A stretch of DNA of 64,000 nt from an uncultured SAR86 cluster bacterium (GTDB lineage Bacteria; Pseudomonadota; Gammaproteobacteria; Magnimaribacterales; D2472): the NCBI GenBank assembly GCA_902591925.1, contig CACJCN010000004.1:92869-156868 (forward strand), read 5' to 3'. This document shows, piece by piece, positions 9,319-19,169 of this stretch (position 1 is its first letter; every line of letters starts with the position of its first letter). The notes beneath the pieces were generated by a model. The model searched no databases. It was not told the origin of the DNA and saw only the letters and a program-made list of their open reading frames with translations. Made by a program: the position numbers and the translations under genes.

Positions 9319-11085
9319 TTATGTCCATACAAACAATATCATTGGTACAGAGGCCAATATTATTAAAATATCCATTGGTAAGCCCATTCGCCAATAATCA
9401 GTAAATTTATAGTTACCTGGACCCATCACAACAGTATTACATTGATGTCCTATAGGAGTTAAAAATGCACAACTTGCTCCAACTGCAACAACCATTAAAA
9501 ATGGCTCAATGGCAAATCCCAACTCTAGAGCTATTCCAGTTGATATTGGAGCCATAATTACAGCTGTTGCCGCATTATTAATAATATCTGTTGTTATCAT
9601 GGTAACAATTAAGATAATTAGGAGTATCCAAAATAAACTTAGGTTTGATGCGTATGTTGATATTGAAGTTGCAATTAAACTACTTACACCTGTTGTCTGA
9701 AGAGCAGTTCCTATTGGTATCATTGCCGCTAACATTACTATTATCGGCCAATCAATTTTTCTGTAAAAATCACTATCAATAATTCTAATTCTTGCAAAAG
9801 CTAAAACACATAATAAAAATGCTGTTGCTGCACTTAAATAATTAAATGAAACTAGAAAAATTGATAATAAAAAGAATAATAATCCTTTAATTAGCCTACT
9901 TCTGCTTGGTATTGTTTGAAGTTCTCTTTGTCTTAAAGGCATTAGACCTAAATGTTTAATTTTGTTAGAAACATCTTCTTCAGCAAGGTCTCTAACACCT
10001 AATAGTAATACATCACCAGCCCTAAATTGTTCCCTTGTAAGTCTGGTTCTGTATTTTGAACCTTTTCTCCATAGTCCAAGAAGATTTAATTCTTCAAAAG
10101 CAAGCTTTTGAAAAAAATCATACTTTCTTCCAATTAGTCTAGAACCAGGAGCGATCATGACTTCAATTTCTTCAAGATCGTCTTCGTCAAATGAATGAAG
10201 TTCTTTTGGAATGGAAAAATCAAAAATATCTAAAATATTTGCAAGATCATCGGGAGGCGTCTTGATGACTAATATTTGTCCTTCCTTAATTCTCATATTA
10301 TTTTGAACTTTCTTGATTGAACCATTTTCAGACACTATTCCAAGGATCTCTGTATCCTCCCCAGCTTGTGTTTTAAATGCATATAAAGTCATGCCAATTG
10401 AAGAGCTTTTTTCATTCACTAGTACTTCAAATAAATAACCCTTAAGATCAATTAAATGCGCAGTTGAAGGCATCTCTTTTCTTAAAAAAATTAACTTATT
10501 TCCAATAAAAGCAATGAAAAAAATGCTAATTATTGTTACTACTAGACCAACGTATGAAAAATCAAAGAAATTAAATCCAGAGTTTGTTATAGATGCCTTG
10601 TATTCAGATATTATTATATTTGGCGGAGTTCCTATAGCAGTATTCATGCCCCCTAAAATACAAGCAAAAGCTAAGGGCATAAGATATTTTGATGGGTGCC
10701 ACTCCATCTTTTGACAAATATTAAGTGTTATAGGTAAGAGAATTGCTAAAGCACCTATATTATTTATAAATGATGACAAAACAGCTGCAATTAAAAGGAG
10801 AGAAATCATAAATTGGATCTCAGTAAATTCTCTACCTCCTATAAGCTTACCTACAAGACCTGCTATACCTGAATTGCTTAAACCTTGACTAATTATAAGA
10901 ACAAGTGCGACGGTAATAACAGCAGGATGAGCAAATCCAGCAAAAGCCTCATTAGCAGGTATTATTTCAAGGACTACTAAAACAAATAATGCGCCAACAG
11001 CCAGCGCATCATATCTAATTTTTCCCCAAATAAATAAACAGAGAAGAGCAATCAAAGTTGAGGATAATATGATTTGATCGTTCAT
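9319..11085 (-). CDS. SLC13-family permease with TrkA-C domains
   Basis: SSFINN, IGTPPN, FLTPIGHQCN..GPGNYKF motifs and central soluble TrkA-C-like repeats. Confidence 0.88.
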   Translation of the reverse strand: MNDQIILSSTLIALLCLFIWGKIRYDALAVGALFVLVVLEIIPANEAFAGFAHPAVITVALVLIISQGLSNSGIAGLVGKLIGGREFTEIQFMISLLLIAAVLSSFINNIGALAILLPITLNICQKMEWHPSKYLMPLAFACILGGMNTAIGTPPNIIISEYKASITNSGFNFFDFSYVGLVVTIISIFFIAFIGNKLIFLRKEMPSTAHLIDLKGYLFEVLVNEKSSSIGMTLYAFKTQAGEDTEILGIVSENGSIKKVQNNMRIKEGQILVIKTPPDDLANILDIFDFSIPKELHSFDEDDLEEIEVMIAPGSRLIGRKYDFFQKLAFEELNLLGLWRKGSKYRTRLTREQFRAGDVLLLGVRDLAEEDVSNKIKHLGLMPLRQRELQTIPSRSRLIKGLLFFLLSIFLVSFNYLSAATAFLLCVLAFARIRIIDSDFYRKIDWPIIVMLAAMIPIGTALQTTGVSSLIATSISTYASNLSLFWILLIILIVTMITTDIINNAATAVIMAPISTGIALELGFAIEPFLMVVAVGASCAFLTPIGHQCNTVVMGPGNYKFTDYWRMGLPMDILIILASVPMILFVWT

Positions 11086-11097
11086 AATTCATCAATT

Positions 11098-12189
11098 TTA
11101 TTTTGGCATAGATTCAACATATAGAGAAGTTGAAGGGTAAGCAAATTCAGATTTGTTGCTCTTTACAATTTTCATTATATTGAAGATCAGGTTTTCTTTA
11201 ACTTCGTTAAACGCAGCAAATCCCATTGGATCAGCGTAAGCAACAATCATTAAATCAATAGAACTGCCACCCAATTCAATAGTTCTTACAACAGGATCTA
11301 AATCACCCTCTGTAGTAAAGTCATTGCTTTTAATGATGTAATCTTTTATTTCATTTCTTATCGACTCAAGTTGTTCAACACTTGTTGAGTAAATAAGATT
11401 AATTTTCCAATTTATTCTTCTATTAATCATTTCACCATGATTAATTACTTTAACGTCAGATAAATCTTTATTAGGTATAATCATTGGCGCAGTATCAAAA
11501 GTTCTAATTACAGTTGATCTAAAACCAATGCTTTCTACAATTCCATGGAGCTGCCCACTTACCTCGATTCTGTCACCTGGCTGAAATCTGTGCTCACCAA
11601 TTATTAATATTCCTGAGATTAGATTTTTAAAGAAATCTTGTGCGCCTAATGCAACTGCCACAGAAAATAAACCCAAACCGGCAACGAGCGGACCAATTTG
11701 AATACCAAATATGTCTAATATTATTGCTGCTCCAATTACCCAGACAATAAATTTTGAAGCTCTTTCAAGCCACATTTGCATTGATGCTGTAAGCCATGAA
11801 CTTGTAGAGAGGGCAGCGAAAATTGGTTTTACACTATTTGCTAGGGCACTGAAAATAGTAAAAATAACAAAGGCTTTTACTACATTTGTTGCTATGTCAC
11901 CAATTAAACCTGATAGTGGTAATATTAAAGTGCAAATATACAAAGCAATTGTGACAGGCACTAATCCAATTGGCCTTCTTAAGGCATTAAGAATTTCGTC
12001 GTCTATCTTTGATTTTGTTTTACTGGCTAGACCTTCAAGAGAATTAAGAATTATTGAAATAATAAAACCTCTAAAAAGAAATGCTGTTAAGATAACCAAT
12101 AAAGAAGAAATTATTGAGCCCAGATCAATACCTAAGAATCCTGTATTCCAGACTTCAGAGATAAGGTTTATAAAATTTTCCATAATCAT
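11098..12189 (-). CDS. Small-conductance mechanosensitive channel (MscS family)
   Basis: AGLGLFSVAVALGAQD..N..SG, FQPGDRI, IGFRST, IPN motifs. Confidence 0.9.
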   Translation of the reverse strand: MIMENFINLISEVWNTGFLGIDLGSIISSLLVILTAFLFRGFIISIILNSLEGLASKTKSKIDDEILNALRRPIGLVPVTIALYICTLILPLSGLIGDIATNVVKAFVIFTIFSALANSVKPIFAALSTSSWLTASMQMWLERASKFIVWVIGAAIILDIFGIQIGPLVAGLGLFSVAVALGAQDFFKNLISGILIIGEHRFQPGDRIEVSGQLHGIVESIGFRSTVIRTFDTAPMIIPNKDLSDVKVINHGEMINRRINWKINLIYSTSVEQLESIRNEIKDYIIKSNDFTTEGDLDPVVRTIELGGSSIDLMIVAYADPMGFAAFNEVKENLIFNIMKIVKSNKSEFAYPSTSLYVESMPK

Positions 12190-12234
12190 GTTGTTATTTT
12201 ATGTTTATTTTATAAATTTAAGCAAAATTATGAG

Positions 12235-12936
12235 TTATCTTGCAGCTTTATCTTTTATAAAATAAGGTAAATATATTAGGTAAAAAACCGCAATTGCAAG
12301 TGGCGTTGTAACTAACAAATGCAACGGCGGTTCTGGAAATACATCCATTAGAGAAGCACCATCTGGTTTAGCCATCAAATACCAAAAATTTGCAGGATCA
12401 CCTAAGATCAAATTAATAACATAGACGATTGGCAATAATATAAAAGCAGTAATTGCTGACACTTTTAATATATCTTTTGCATAAGGCCTATTACCAAGAG
12501 CAACAGTTGCATACATTATTCCAACAATTATCATTCCATGACCAATCATAAAAAATATGTAATCTAAATCATGATGACTTATATCTGGTGTAAGAATTGC
12601 CATAGATGCTCCACCTAAACCCCAGAAAAATGCACAAAGATATAGAATTCTTGGCCCACCCAATAAAAACCAAATTAGAAATATTTCAGAAAGATCACAC
12701 ATATGTAGCGGAATTGTTTCTCTCCAATCATATGGATTAGCTAACAGATAAAGATCCTTATATGGTGAAATAATGACATGTGCAGCAATTATTCCTGCGA
12801 TTACTTTGCTCATAAGTGATTTATCACTCTCAGATTTATTTTTATAAAACTTTGGTAAAAATACTGAAACTATAATCACTGAAAATATTGTTATAAGGTG
12901 AACTGTGCCAAATATTTGAAAAGGTGTACCAAACAT
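12235..12936 (-). CDS. YwaF/TIGR02206-like integral membrane protein
   Basis: FGTVH, PLHMCD, TPD, FMIGHG, ANFWYL..KP motifs. Confidence 0.75.
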   Translation of the reverse strand: MFGTPFQIFGTVHLITIFSVIIVSVFLPKFYKNKSESDKSLMSKVIAGIIAAHVIISPYKDLYLLANPYDWRETIPLHMCDLSEIFLIWFLLGGPRILYLCAFFWGLGGASMAILTPDISHHDLDYIFFMIGHGMIIVGIMYATVALGNRPYAKDILKVSAITAFILLPIVYVINLILGDPANFWYLMAKPDGASLMDVFPEPPLHLLVTTPLAIAVFYLIYLPYFIKDKAAR

Positions 12937-12978
12937 ATTATTGCCTATTAAATTTGTAAGTTTGAATTATATTATTAT

Positions 12979-14958
12979 TTAAGAGTTGTTGAAACTTTCT
13001 AGTAAAATCTGTTCTGTTAAGATTGCAGGTAAAATTTTAGACTCGCTCATTCCAGGCTTCCAAAAAATATACAATGGAACTCCATTTCTATTATATGATT
13101 CAAGAGTTTTTAGAATTTCGTCATTTTTGTTAGTCCAATCGGCAACAATGTATTGAATGTTATTTTTATGAATGTATTCTTTAACACTTGCTCTTGATAA
13201 GGCAATTTTGTCATTTGTTTGGCATGTTATGCACCATGCAGCAGTAAAATTAATTAAATAAGCTTGATTTTTGTTTTTATATTCATTTTCTATATTTTTA
13301 TTCCATTGAACATAGTCATAACTTTCAAGTTTTACGGCATTTGTAGATTGTATTTCGTTTGAAGGAATATCCCTGAATTGAAAGAAAATTACAAAAGCTG
13401 CAATAACAAAAATAGCAAATCTATAGCTTGATTTACTTAGTTTTGTAGCAATCCATATTAACAACGAGATCATTAAAATCGTCATTAGTAGAAATATCAC
13501 CTCGTTGGAAGATGTTTGAATGCTAAACACCCATATTAACCATATTGATGTTGCAAACATAGGAAACGCAAAAAATTCTTTCAAAGCAACCATCCAATTA
13601 CCAGGTTTAGGCAGGTAGTTTATTAAACTTGGTGAGGCGGATAATACAAAATAAGGAAATGCAAAACCAAGACCTAGTGCAGAAAAGACTGGTAATGTCA
13701 TAACAGAGGGTTGAATTAATGCATAACCAAGTGCTGCCCCCATAAATGGTGCTGTGCATGGTGAGGCAACAATTACAGCTAAAATACCTGTAGAAAAGGA
13801 ACCAAGCAAACTACCGCTGTTTCCTTTACTACCAAGTCTAGTTAATGATGAGCCTATATTTATATCGCTTAGCAGTACTAAACCAATTACAAACATTAAT
13901 AAACTGAGTAATCCAACAAGAGGTGGCGACTGTAATTGAAAGCCCCAGCCCAGATATAGGCCAGTTTGTTTTAGCAAAATCATGGCAAATCCAATAAGCA
14001 AAAATGAAATCATTACTCCAGCGCAAAACAATAAAGCATGAGCTCTAATTTTTGATGAAGATTGATTACTCATTGAGACAAAACTCAGAACTTTTAATGA
14101 GATTATTGGAAAAACGCATGGCATTAAATTTAGAATTAAGCCTCCTACAAAGGCAAAAATTAAAGCTTGTAAAAAAGAAATATTAAGTGAGTTTTTTGTA
14201 GCATTTTCAATTTCAGCGTCAATTATAAAACTTTCACTGTCGTTAATATTTAATACTCCAGATAAATATTCAAAAGATTTAACATCATCTAATTTTTTAA
14301 CCTTAACAAGATAATTATTTTCTTCTTTGATCAGATTTTGATCTGAAGCATGTTCAACAATATCTTGATTATCTATAAAAAATATTGCAGAACTAACATC
14401 AAAAGGCCAAGAAAACCTTATATTTATGAACTCGCTATCAATTGATGCCTTCACAGGAAGTGTCTGAGAAGGAGCTTTTAAAAACCAATCATACAGTGCA
14501 ACATCATTTTTAATTTCATTAAGATTTGTTTTGATTAATGCCTTTTCTGGAACGCAAATATCATCACATATTAAAAAATCAATATTTGCTTCTATATATG
14601 AATCCTTATCGTTGGAATTATTTATCTCAAAGGGGAAAATTACAAAATTCTTATATCCATATGTCATTAGTGGTTCATATGGGATTAAAGTTGGAGTTGG
14701 CCAAAATAACTCGCTTATTGAAATATTATCATCATAAGACCATTTAACTTTTATCGGGCCTCCTGAATCGCCAGGATTTTTCCAGTAGGTATGCCAATTC
14801 TCTTGCATGTCCATTCGAATGCCAATAAGAGTTTGGCTTTGTCCCTCTTGTAAATTCTCAAACTTTACCAAGGAGACATTTGCATGACCGGTATTAACAG
14901 TCACTGCATTAATCGAAAAGCAAAAAAATAATAGAAAGGATATTTTAAGAAATTTCAT
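12979..14958 (-). CDS. dsbD: DsbD-like thiol:disulfide interchange protein
   Basis: WHTYWKNPGDSG, CDDIC, NLMPCVFP, ASPCTAP, FTAAWCITC; start set at 14958 (MKFLK) because the longer ORF begins inside a hairpin. Confidence 0.88.
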   Translation of the reverse strand: MKFLKISFLLFFCFSINAVTVNTGHANVSLVKFENLQEGQSQTLIGIRMDMQENWHTYWKNPGDSGGPIKVKWSYDDNISISELFWPTPTLIPYEPLMTYGYKNFVIFPFEINNSNDKDSYIEANIDFLICDDICVPEKALIKTNLNEIKNDVALYDWFLKAPSQTLPVKASIDSEFINIRFSWPFDVSSAIFFIDNQDIVEHASDQNLIKEENNYLVKVKKLDDVKSFEYLSGVLNINDSESFIIDAEIENATKNSLNISFLQALIFAFVGGLILNLMPCVFPIISLKVLSFVSMSNQSSSKIRAHALLFCAGVMISFLLIGFAMILLKQTGLYLGWGFQLQSPPLVGLLSLLMFVIGLVLLSDINIGSSLTRLGSKGNSGSLLGSFSTGILAVIVASPCTAPFMGAALGYALIQPSVMTLPVFSALGLGFAFPYFVLSASPSLINYLPKPGNWMVALKEFFAFPMFATSIWLIWVFSIQTSSNEVIFLLMTILMISLLIWIATKLSKSSYRFAIFVIAAFVIFFQFRDIPSNEIQSTNAVKLESYDYVQWNKNIENEYKNKNQAYLINFTAAWCITCQTNDKIALSRASVKEYIHKNNIQYIVADWTNKNDEILKTLESYNRNGVPLYIFWKPGMSESKILPAILTEQILLESFNNS

Positions 14959-14986
14959 TAAATGTAATTTTATCCTATTTAACATT

Positions 14987-15007
14987 TGGGGTGCATTATG
15001 CACCCCA
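14987..15007 (-). terminator. GC hairpin downstream of hsp20 (no U-tract on the coding strand)
   Basis: TGGGGTGCA-TTA-TGCACCCCA perfect inverted repeat. Confidence 0.55.
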
Positions 15008-15023
15008 TTTCACATTATATAAG

Positions 15024-15476
15024 TTATTTACCTGAGATTTTTTTTGGTGATTTGATCTCAATCATCCTGGGTTTCTTCTCATCAGGAATAATTTTCTCAA
15101 GACTGATGGTTAATAAACCATTAATCAATTCAGCACCTTGAACAACAACATCCTCAGAAAGGGTAAATTGCTGTTTAAATGCTCTTTGAGCAATTCCTTG
15201 ATATACAACCTTATTTTCACCATTAACAACTTCAGTAGTTGGCCCGTCGTAGCTTACAGAAAGAATTCCTTCTGCAAGCTCTATTTGGATATCATCTTTC
15301 GACAATCCAGCTACAGCAATCTCAATGGCAAAATAATTACCGTCTTTGCTAATGTTGTATGGTGGATAGCTTGACGATCTATCATTGGACTCAGAGAGTC
15401 TTTGCAATCTATCAAACAAAGGTTCGAACCCTAGTACACGTGTTGTGAAAAATGGGTCTGTAAAGTTAAGTATCAT
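15024..15476 (-). CDS. ibpA: Small heat shock protein Hsp20 (IbpA-like)
   Basis: SYPPYNI, IEIAVAG, YQGIAQRAF..F.L, NGLL.I.L, C-terminal IEI; AGGAGG SD. Confidence 0.92.
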   Translation of the reverse strand: MILNFTDPFFTTRVLGFEPLFDRLQRLSESNDRSSSYPPYNISKDGNYFAIEIAVAGLSKDDIQIELAEGILSVSYDGPTTEVVNGENKVVYQGIAQRAFKQQFTLSEDVVVQGAELINGLLTISLEKIIPDEKKPRMIEIKSPKKISGK

Positions 15477-15565
15477 AATAGTCCTCCTTTAAAGCAACTA
15501 TATAAATGTGCATCTAAAATAAGCATACACTTGTTAAAGCGAAGATCCGTTATGGCATCTTCATC
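15477..15565 (-). promoter_or_regulatory. ROSE-like RNA thermometer in the hsp20 5' UTR
   Basis: Three tandem hairpins; the last has UUGCU able to pair with AGGA of the SD (AUAGUUGCUUUAAAGGAGGACUAU). Confidence 0.65.
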
Positions 15566-15574
15566 AATGAATAC

Positions 15575-15600
15575 TTATGGCCATTATTAACTTTTTCAAG
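15575..15600 (-). promoter_or_regulatory. Sigma32-like promoter for hsp20
   Basis: CTTGAAA ... GGCCATAA on the minus strand; spacer about 2 nt shorter than typical E. coli sigma32 promoters. Confidence 0.45.
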
Positions 15601-15670
15601 CTTTCTTTTTTTGTAATTTTAAAATATCCTTATATAAGAACTTTTTTAAAACTCAATTGTCAAAATTATT

Positions 15671-16075
15671 ATGAAAACCAAATTTATTTTGCTTACATTT
15701 ATATTTTCTTTTGCTTCTATTTTTGATGCTAAAGATGCACAACCCTTAATCGAAGAGGGTCAAACGTGGTATCTTGAATCAAGAAGCAATAAACTGACTC
15801 CTTCAAATAGCAAGGTTTTATATTTTTTTTCTAATGATGCTTATAACATCCATCAGGCAAGATTATTTTCAGATTGGGATAGGTTTTCAATTATAGATTC
15901 AAAAAACTTAGTCAGACTAAACACTGGTGATAGGGTAGAAATTTTAAAATCTAAACACTTTGAAAAAATTTATGAAGTTAAGCTTTTAGACGGCTTTGAA
16001 AAAAACAGAAAATACTACGTTATTAAAGATGACCTTCTAAAACACTATAAATTATCTAAAGCTGAAGAATCATGA
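15671..16075 (+). CDS. Exported hypothetical protein, possible SH3-like C-terminus
   Basis: Signal peptide; LNTGDRVEIL...YEVKLLDG...YYV pattern; ATGA overlap with next gene. Confidence 0.6.
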   Translation: MKTKFILLTFIFSFASIFDAKDAQPLIEEGQTWYLESRSNKLTPSNSKVLYFFSNDAYNIHQARLFSDWDRFSIIDSKNLVRLNTGDRVEILKSKHFEKIYEVKLLDGFEKNRKYYVIKDDLLKHYKLSKAEES

Positions 16076-16527
16076 AAAACTTGTTATTAATTGCGATTAT
16101 TTTCATTACATCTTCATGTGTAAATAATTCATTACAACCTGATGTTGTTTCTAGATCGGACGCTCAGAAACAACAATATGTGATTTTTGGAACAATTATG
16201 GATGTTTCAATTGTAACAATTGAAGGTGATAGAGAAGTTGGTGCTGCAGCTGGAGCAGCTATTGGGGCAGCTGTTGGCAAAAATACAACAGATTCAGAAC
16301 CAGAATCTGATATTGCTACAGTTTTAGGAGGTTTGGTAGGTTCAGCTATTGGATCTGAGATTGGTTCAGCAGTTACAAAGAAAGATGGGGTTGAATTATT
16401 AATAGAGACCGAGTCTGGTAGCTTTATTTCTATTATCCAAGAGGTTGGTAATTTTTCATATAATACTGGTCAAAAGGTAAGAATCATAAAAAGAAATGGA
16501 AAATCAAGAGTTATTCCTTTTGAATAA
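16072..16527 (+). CDS. slyB: Outer membrane lipoprotein SlyB-like (glycine zipper)
   Basis: Lipobox TSSC, GAAAGAAIGAAVG / GGLVGSAIG zippers, GVELLI..ESG..ISIIQ. Confidence 0.8.
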   Translation: MKNLLLIAIIFITSSCVNNSLQPDVVSRSDAQKQQYVIFGTIMDVSIVTIEGDREVGAAAGAAIGAAVGKNTTDSEPESDIATVLGGLVGSAIGSEIGSAVTKKDGVELLIETESGSFISIIQEVGNFSYNTGQKVRIIKRNGKSRVIPFE

Positions 16528-16979
16528 TGTCAGATGATCTATTCAATATAATATATAACAAATCTCTAGATTTATTATCGAGAAGAGAACACTCAATTAA
16601 AGAAATTAAAGAAAAGCTATCTGCACGTTTTGAACAAAAAGAAATAATAGAATCTGTTATTGAAAAACTTAGTGATAATAACTTAGTAAATAATACAAGA
16701 TTTGCTGAAGCTTATGTATCTGCTAGAAAAAGAAAAGGATTCGGGCCTAAAAAGATTGCTTTTGAATTGACATCAAAAGGTATTGATGAATCAGTATCAC
16801 GTAATGTAATTATTGAAGAGGGTGATTGGGAATCGGCTGCTAAATTAGCTTTTTCAAAAAAATTCAAAGATGGGCCTAGTCTTGATACCAATGAAAAATT
16901 AAAACAAAAAAGTTTTCTACAAAATAGAGGTTTTAGATTTAAAGAAATCGAATCAGTTTTTACTAATGACATGTTATGA
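16527..16979 (+). CDS. recX: Regulatory protein RecX
   Basis: LLSRREHS, RFAEAYV..R..KGFGP..I..EL..KGI, FLQNRGF. Confidence 0.9.
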   Translation: MSDDLFNIIYNKSLDLLSRREHSIKEIKEKLSARFEQKEIIESVIEKLSDNNLVNNTRFAEAYVSARKRKGFGPKKIAFELTSKGIDESVSRNVIIEEGDWESAAKLAFSKKFKDGPSLDTNEKLKQKSFLQNRGFRFKEIESVFTNDML

Positions 16980-16988
16980 TTCAATGCT

Positions 16989-18569
16989 ATGTCTTATGAG
17001 GTTTTAGCTAGAAAATATAGACCATCTTGCTTTGAAGAAGTTATCGGCCAAGAGCATGTTGTTAAGGCTTTAGTAAATAGCATTGAGTCGGAAAAAATTC
17101 ATCAAGCATTTATATTTTCAGGAACAAGGGGAGTTGGTAAGACTACTATTGCAAGAATTTTAGCAAAATGTTTAAACTGCGAGAGTAACTCCAAGCCAAC
17201 ATCAGTACCATGCAATAAATGTTCTAATACTATTGAAATTACTGCTGGAAGAAGTGTTGACTTTTTAGAAATTGATGCTGCATCTAATACTCAAGTTGAA
17301 AAAATAAGGGACTTAATAGAAACAGTTGAATACAAACCTGCTAAAGGAAGATATAAGATTTTTCTCATTGACGAAGTTCACATGCTTTCTACCGCAAGTT
17401 TCAATGCTCTTCTGAAGACCTTAGAAGAACCACCGTCCCATATTGTATTTATTTTTGCAACTACCAACCCAGAAAAAATCCCAAAGACAGTTCAATCAAG
17501 GTGTTTGCAGCTAAATCTTAAAACAGTCAATGAAGAAATGTTAAACAACCACCTAAATCAGATATTAAAGAAAGAAAAAATCAAACATGATGACGAAAGT
17601 ACTCAACTAATATCAAAATCTGCAAACGGATCCGTTAGAGATGCTTTGACGATTCTGGATCAAGCTATAGCTCATGGTAATGGCGAGCTTAATAGTAATG
17701 AAGTAAAGAAATTATTGGGTACAATCGATGATTCACTTTTATTTGAGCTTTTAGAGGGCATAGTCGATGGAGATGGTAAGAAAGTTTTTGATAAGCTTGC
17801 TGAAATTGAACAGTTGTTACCAGAATATGATGTTATTCTTCGAGATTTGATAAGTATTCTTCATCAAGTTTCACTTGAACAGGTTCTTAATAATTCAGAA
17901 AGTGAAAATATAAAAAAAGTATCCAATAAAATTGATAAAGAGTTTTGTCAACTTTTATACGAAATCGGTATGAATTCTTTTACTAGATTTTCTGTACATC
18001 CAAGCCCAAAAGAATGTCTTGAAATTTGTTTATTAAGAATGCTTACTTTTAATCCCCTTCAGAAACTTTCAGAAAATAACCAAGACTCAACTCCAAGTAA
18101 TTCAGAAAAAAAAAATCTCAAAAAAGTTGATGAAAAAATAAAAAAAGTTAACAGCCCTTCGTCTGAAGAATCAAGCAAAAAAAAGTTCCTTAACAATAAC
18201 GAAGACTGGGTGAAATTATTTAATTCTTTAAAATTAAGTCCTTTTGCAAGAAATTATTTTGGAAATATGTCGTTATTTTCACACAATAATGAAGGTATGA
18301 TTTTAAAAGCAGATTTAAATTCAGGAAAAGTGCCCGAGAATATTATGTCGGAATTTAAAACTGCCGTTGAGAGTATATTTTCAAACAAAATTAATATTAA
18401 AATTGAAAAAGGGGATGTAATTAATTCTCCAATCCAATTAAATGAAAGTAAAATAGAAAAAGAAGAAAACTTGGCAAAAGATCAAATAAGTAATGATAAA
18501 GAAATACAAGATTTTGTTAAAAAATTTAATGGAAAGATAAAGCCAGAAACCATTAAACCCTCAAAGTAA
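16989..18569 (+). CDS. dnaX: DNA polymerase III subunit gamma/tau
   Basis: MSYEVLARKYRP, GTRGVGKTT, EIDAAS, DEVHML, SRC motif. Confidence 0.97.
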   Translation: MSYEVLARKYRPSCFEEVIGQEHVVKALVNSIESEKIHQAFIFSGTRGVGKTTIARILAKCLNCESNSKPTSVPCNKCSNTIEITAGRSVDFLEIDAASNTQVEKIRDLIETVEYKPAKGRYKIFLIDEVHMLSTASFNALLKTLEEPPSHIVFIFATTNPEKIPKTVQSRCLQLNLKTVNEEMLNNHLNQILKKEKIKHDDESTQLISKSANGSVRDALTILDQAIAHGNGELNSNEVKKLLGTIDDSLLFELLEGIVDGDGKKVFDKLAEIEQLLPEYDVILRDLISILHQVSLEQVLNNSESENIKKVSNKIDKEFCQLLYEIGMNSFTRFSVHPSPKECLEICLLRMLTFNPLQKLSENNQDSTPSNSEKKNLKKVDEKIKKVNSPSSEESSKKKFLNNNEDWVKLFNSLKLSPFARNYFGNMSLFSHNNEGMILKADLNSGKVPENIMSEFKTAVESIFSNKINIKIEKGDVINSPIQLNESKIEKEENLAKDQISNDKEIQDFVKKFNGKIKPETIKPSK

Positions 18570-18572
18570 ACA

Positions 18573-19169
18573 ATGAACCAAGATCTATTAAATGAACTTA
18601 TAAATGCATTAACTATCCTACCTGGTGTTGGGAAAAAATCTGCTCAAAGAATGGCATTGTATTTACTTGATAGGAATAAAGATGGTGCTAGCATATTAGC
18701 AAACACTCTATCTAATGCCATCGAAAGTATTCAAAGATGCTCAAATTGCAGAATGCTTACATCAAATAATTTATGTGGAGTTTGCTCTGATTCAACAAGA
18801 GATACAAACAGTATTTGTGTTGTTGAGAGTCCATCTGATGTATTAGCCATTGAGTCAACTGGTGGCTATAGAGGCAGATATTTTGTTTTATTAGGAAGGC
18901 TGTCGCCAATTGATGGAATTGGACCAGAAGATTTGGGTATTGATGACCTATTAAACATTACTAATAATGATGAAGTAAAAGAAGTAATCCTTGCAACTAG
19001 TAGCACCGTAGAAGGTGATGCAACAGCAATATTTATAAAAGATCATATAAAAAGTGCAAAGGTTTCAAGAATTTCTTATGGTATTCCAATTGGAGGAGAA
19101 TTAGAGTATGTTGATGGAACTACAATTGCTAGGGCAATAGAAGGAAGGATAGAAATAGATGTCGATTAA
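18573..19169 (+). CDS. recR: Recombination protein RecR
   Basis: [11 protein letters not shown] HhH, C4 zinc finger, ICVVE Toprim, GGELEYVD. Confidence 0.96.
   Translation: MNQDLLNELINALTILPGVGKKSAQRMALYLLDRNKDGASILANTLSNAIESIQRCSNCRMLTSNNLCGVCSDSTRDTNSICVVESPSDVLAIESTGGYRGRYFVLLGRLSPIDGIGPEDLGIDDLLNITNNDEVKEVILATSSTVEGDATAIFIKDHIKSAKVSRISYGIPIGGELEYVDGTTIARAIEGRIEIDVD

Noticed and set aside
11711-12265. 184-aa plus-strand ORF, and similar ORFs at 2437, 21087, 25102, 28895, 40695, 51773, 55064
   Set aside because: Antisense shadows of well-supported genes with no recognisable motifs
14959-15003. Longer starts from the ORF track for dsbD (also wrbA 27248, hupB 41136, thiolase-like 59491, methyltransferase 60095, receptor 61033)
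   Set aside because: Extensions overlap hairpins, promoters or neighbouring genes; downstream ATGs give typical N-termini or SD spacing
15611-15636. TTGTAA...TCCTTATAT resembling the lon upstream motif
   Set aside because: Spacing differs by 2 nt and the context is very AT-rich; too weak to call a heat-shock promoter
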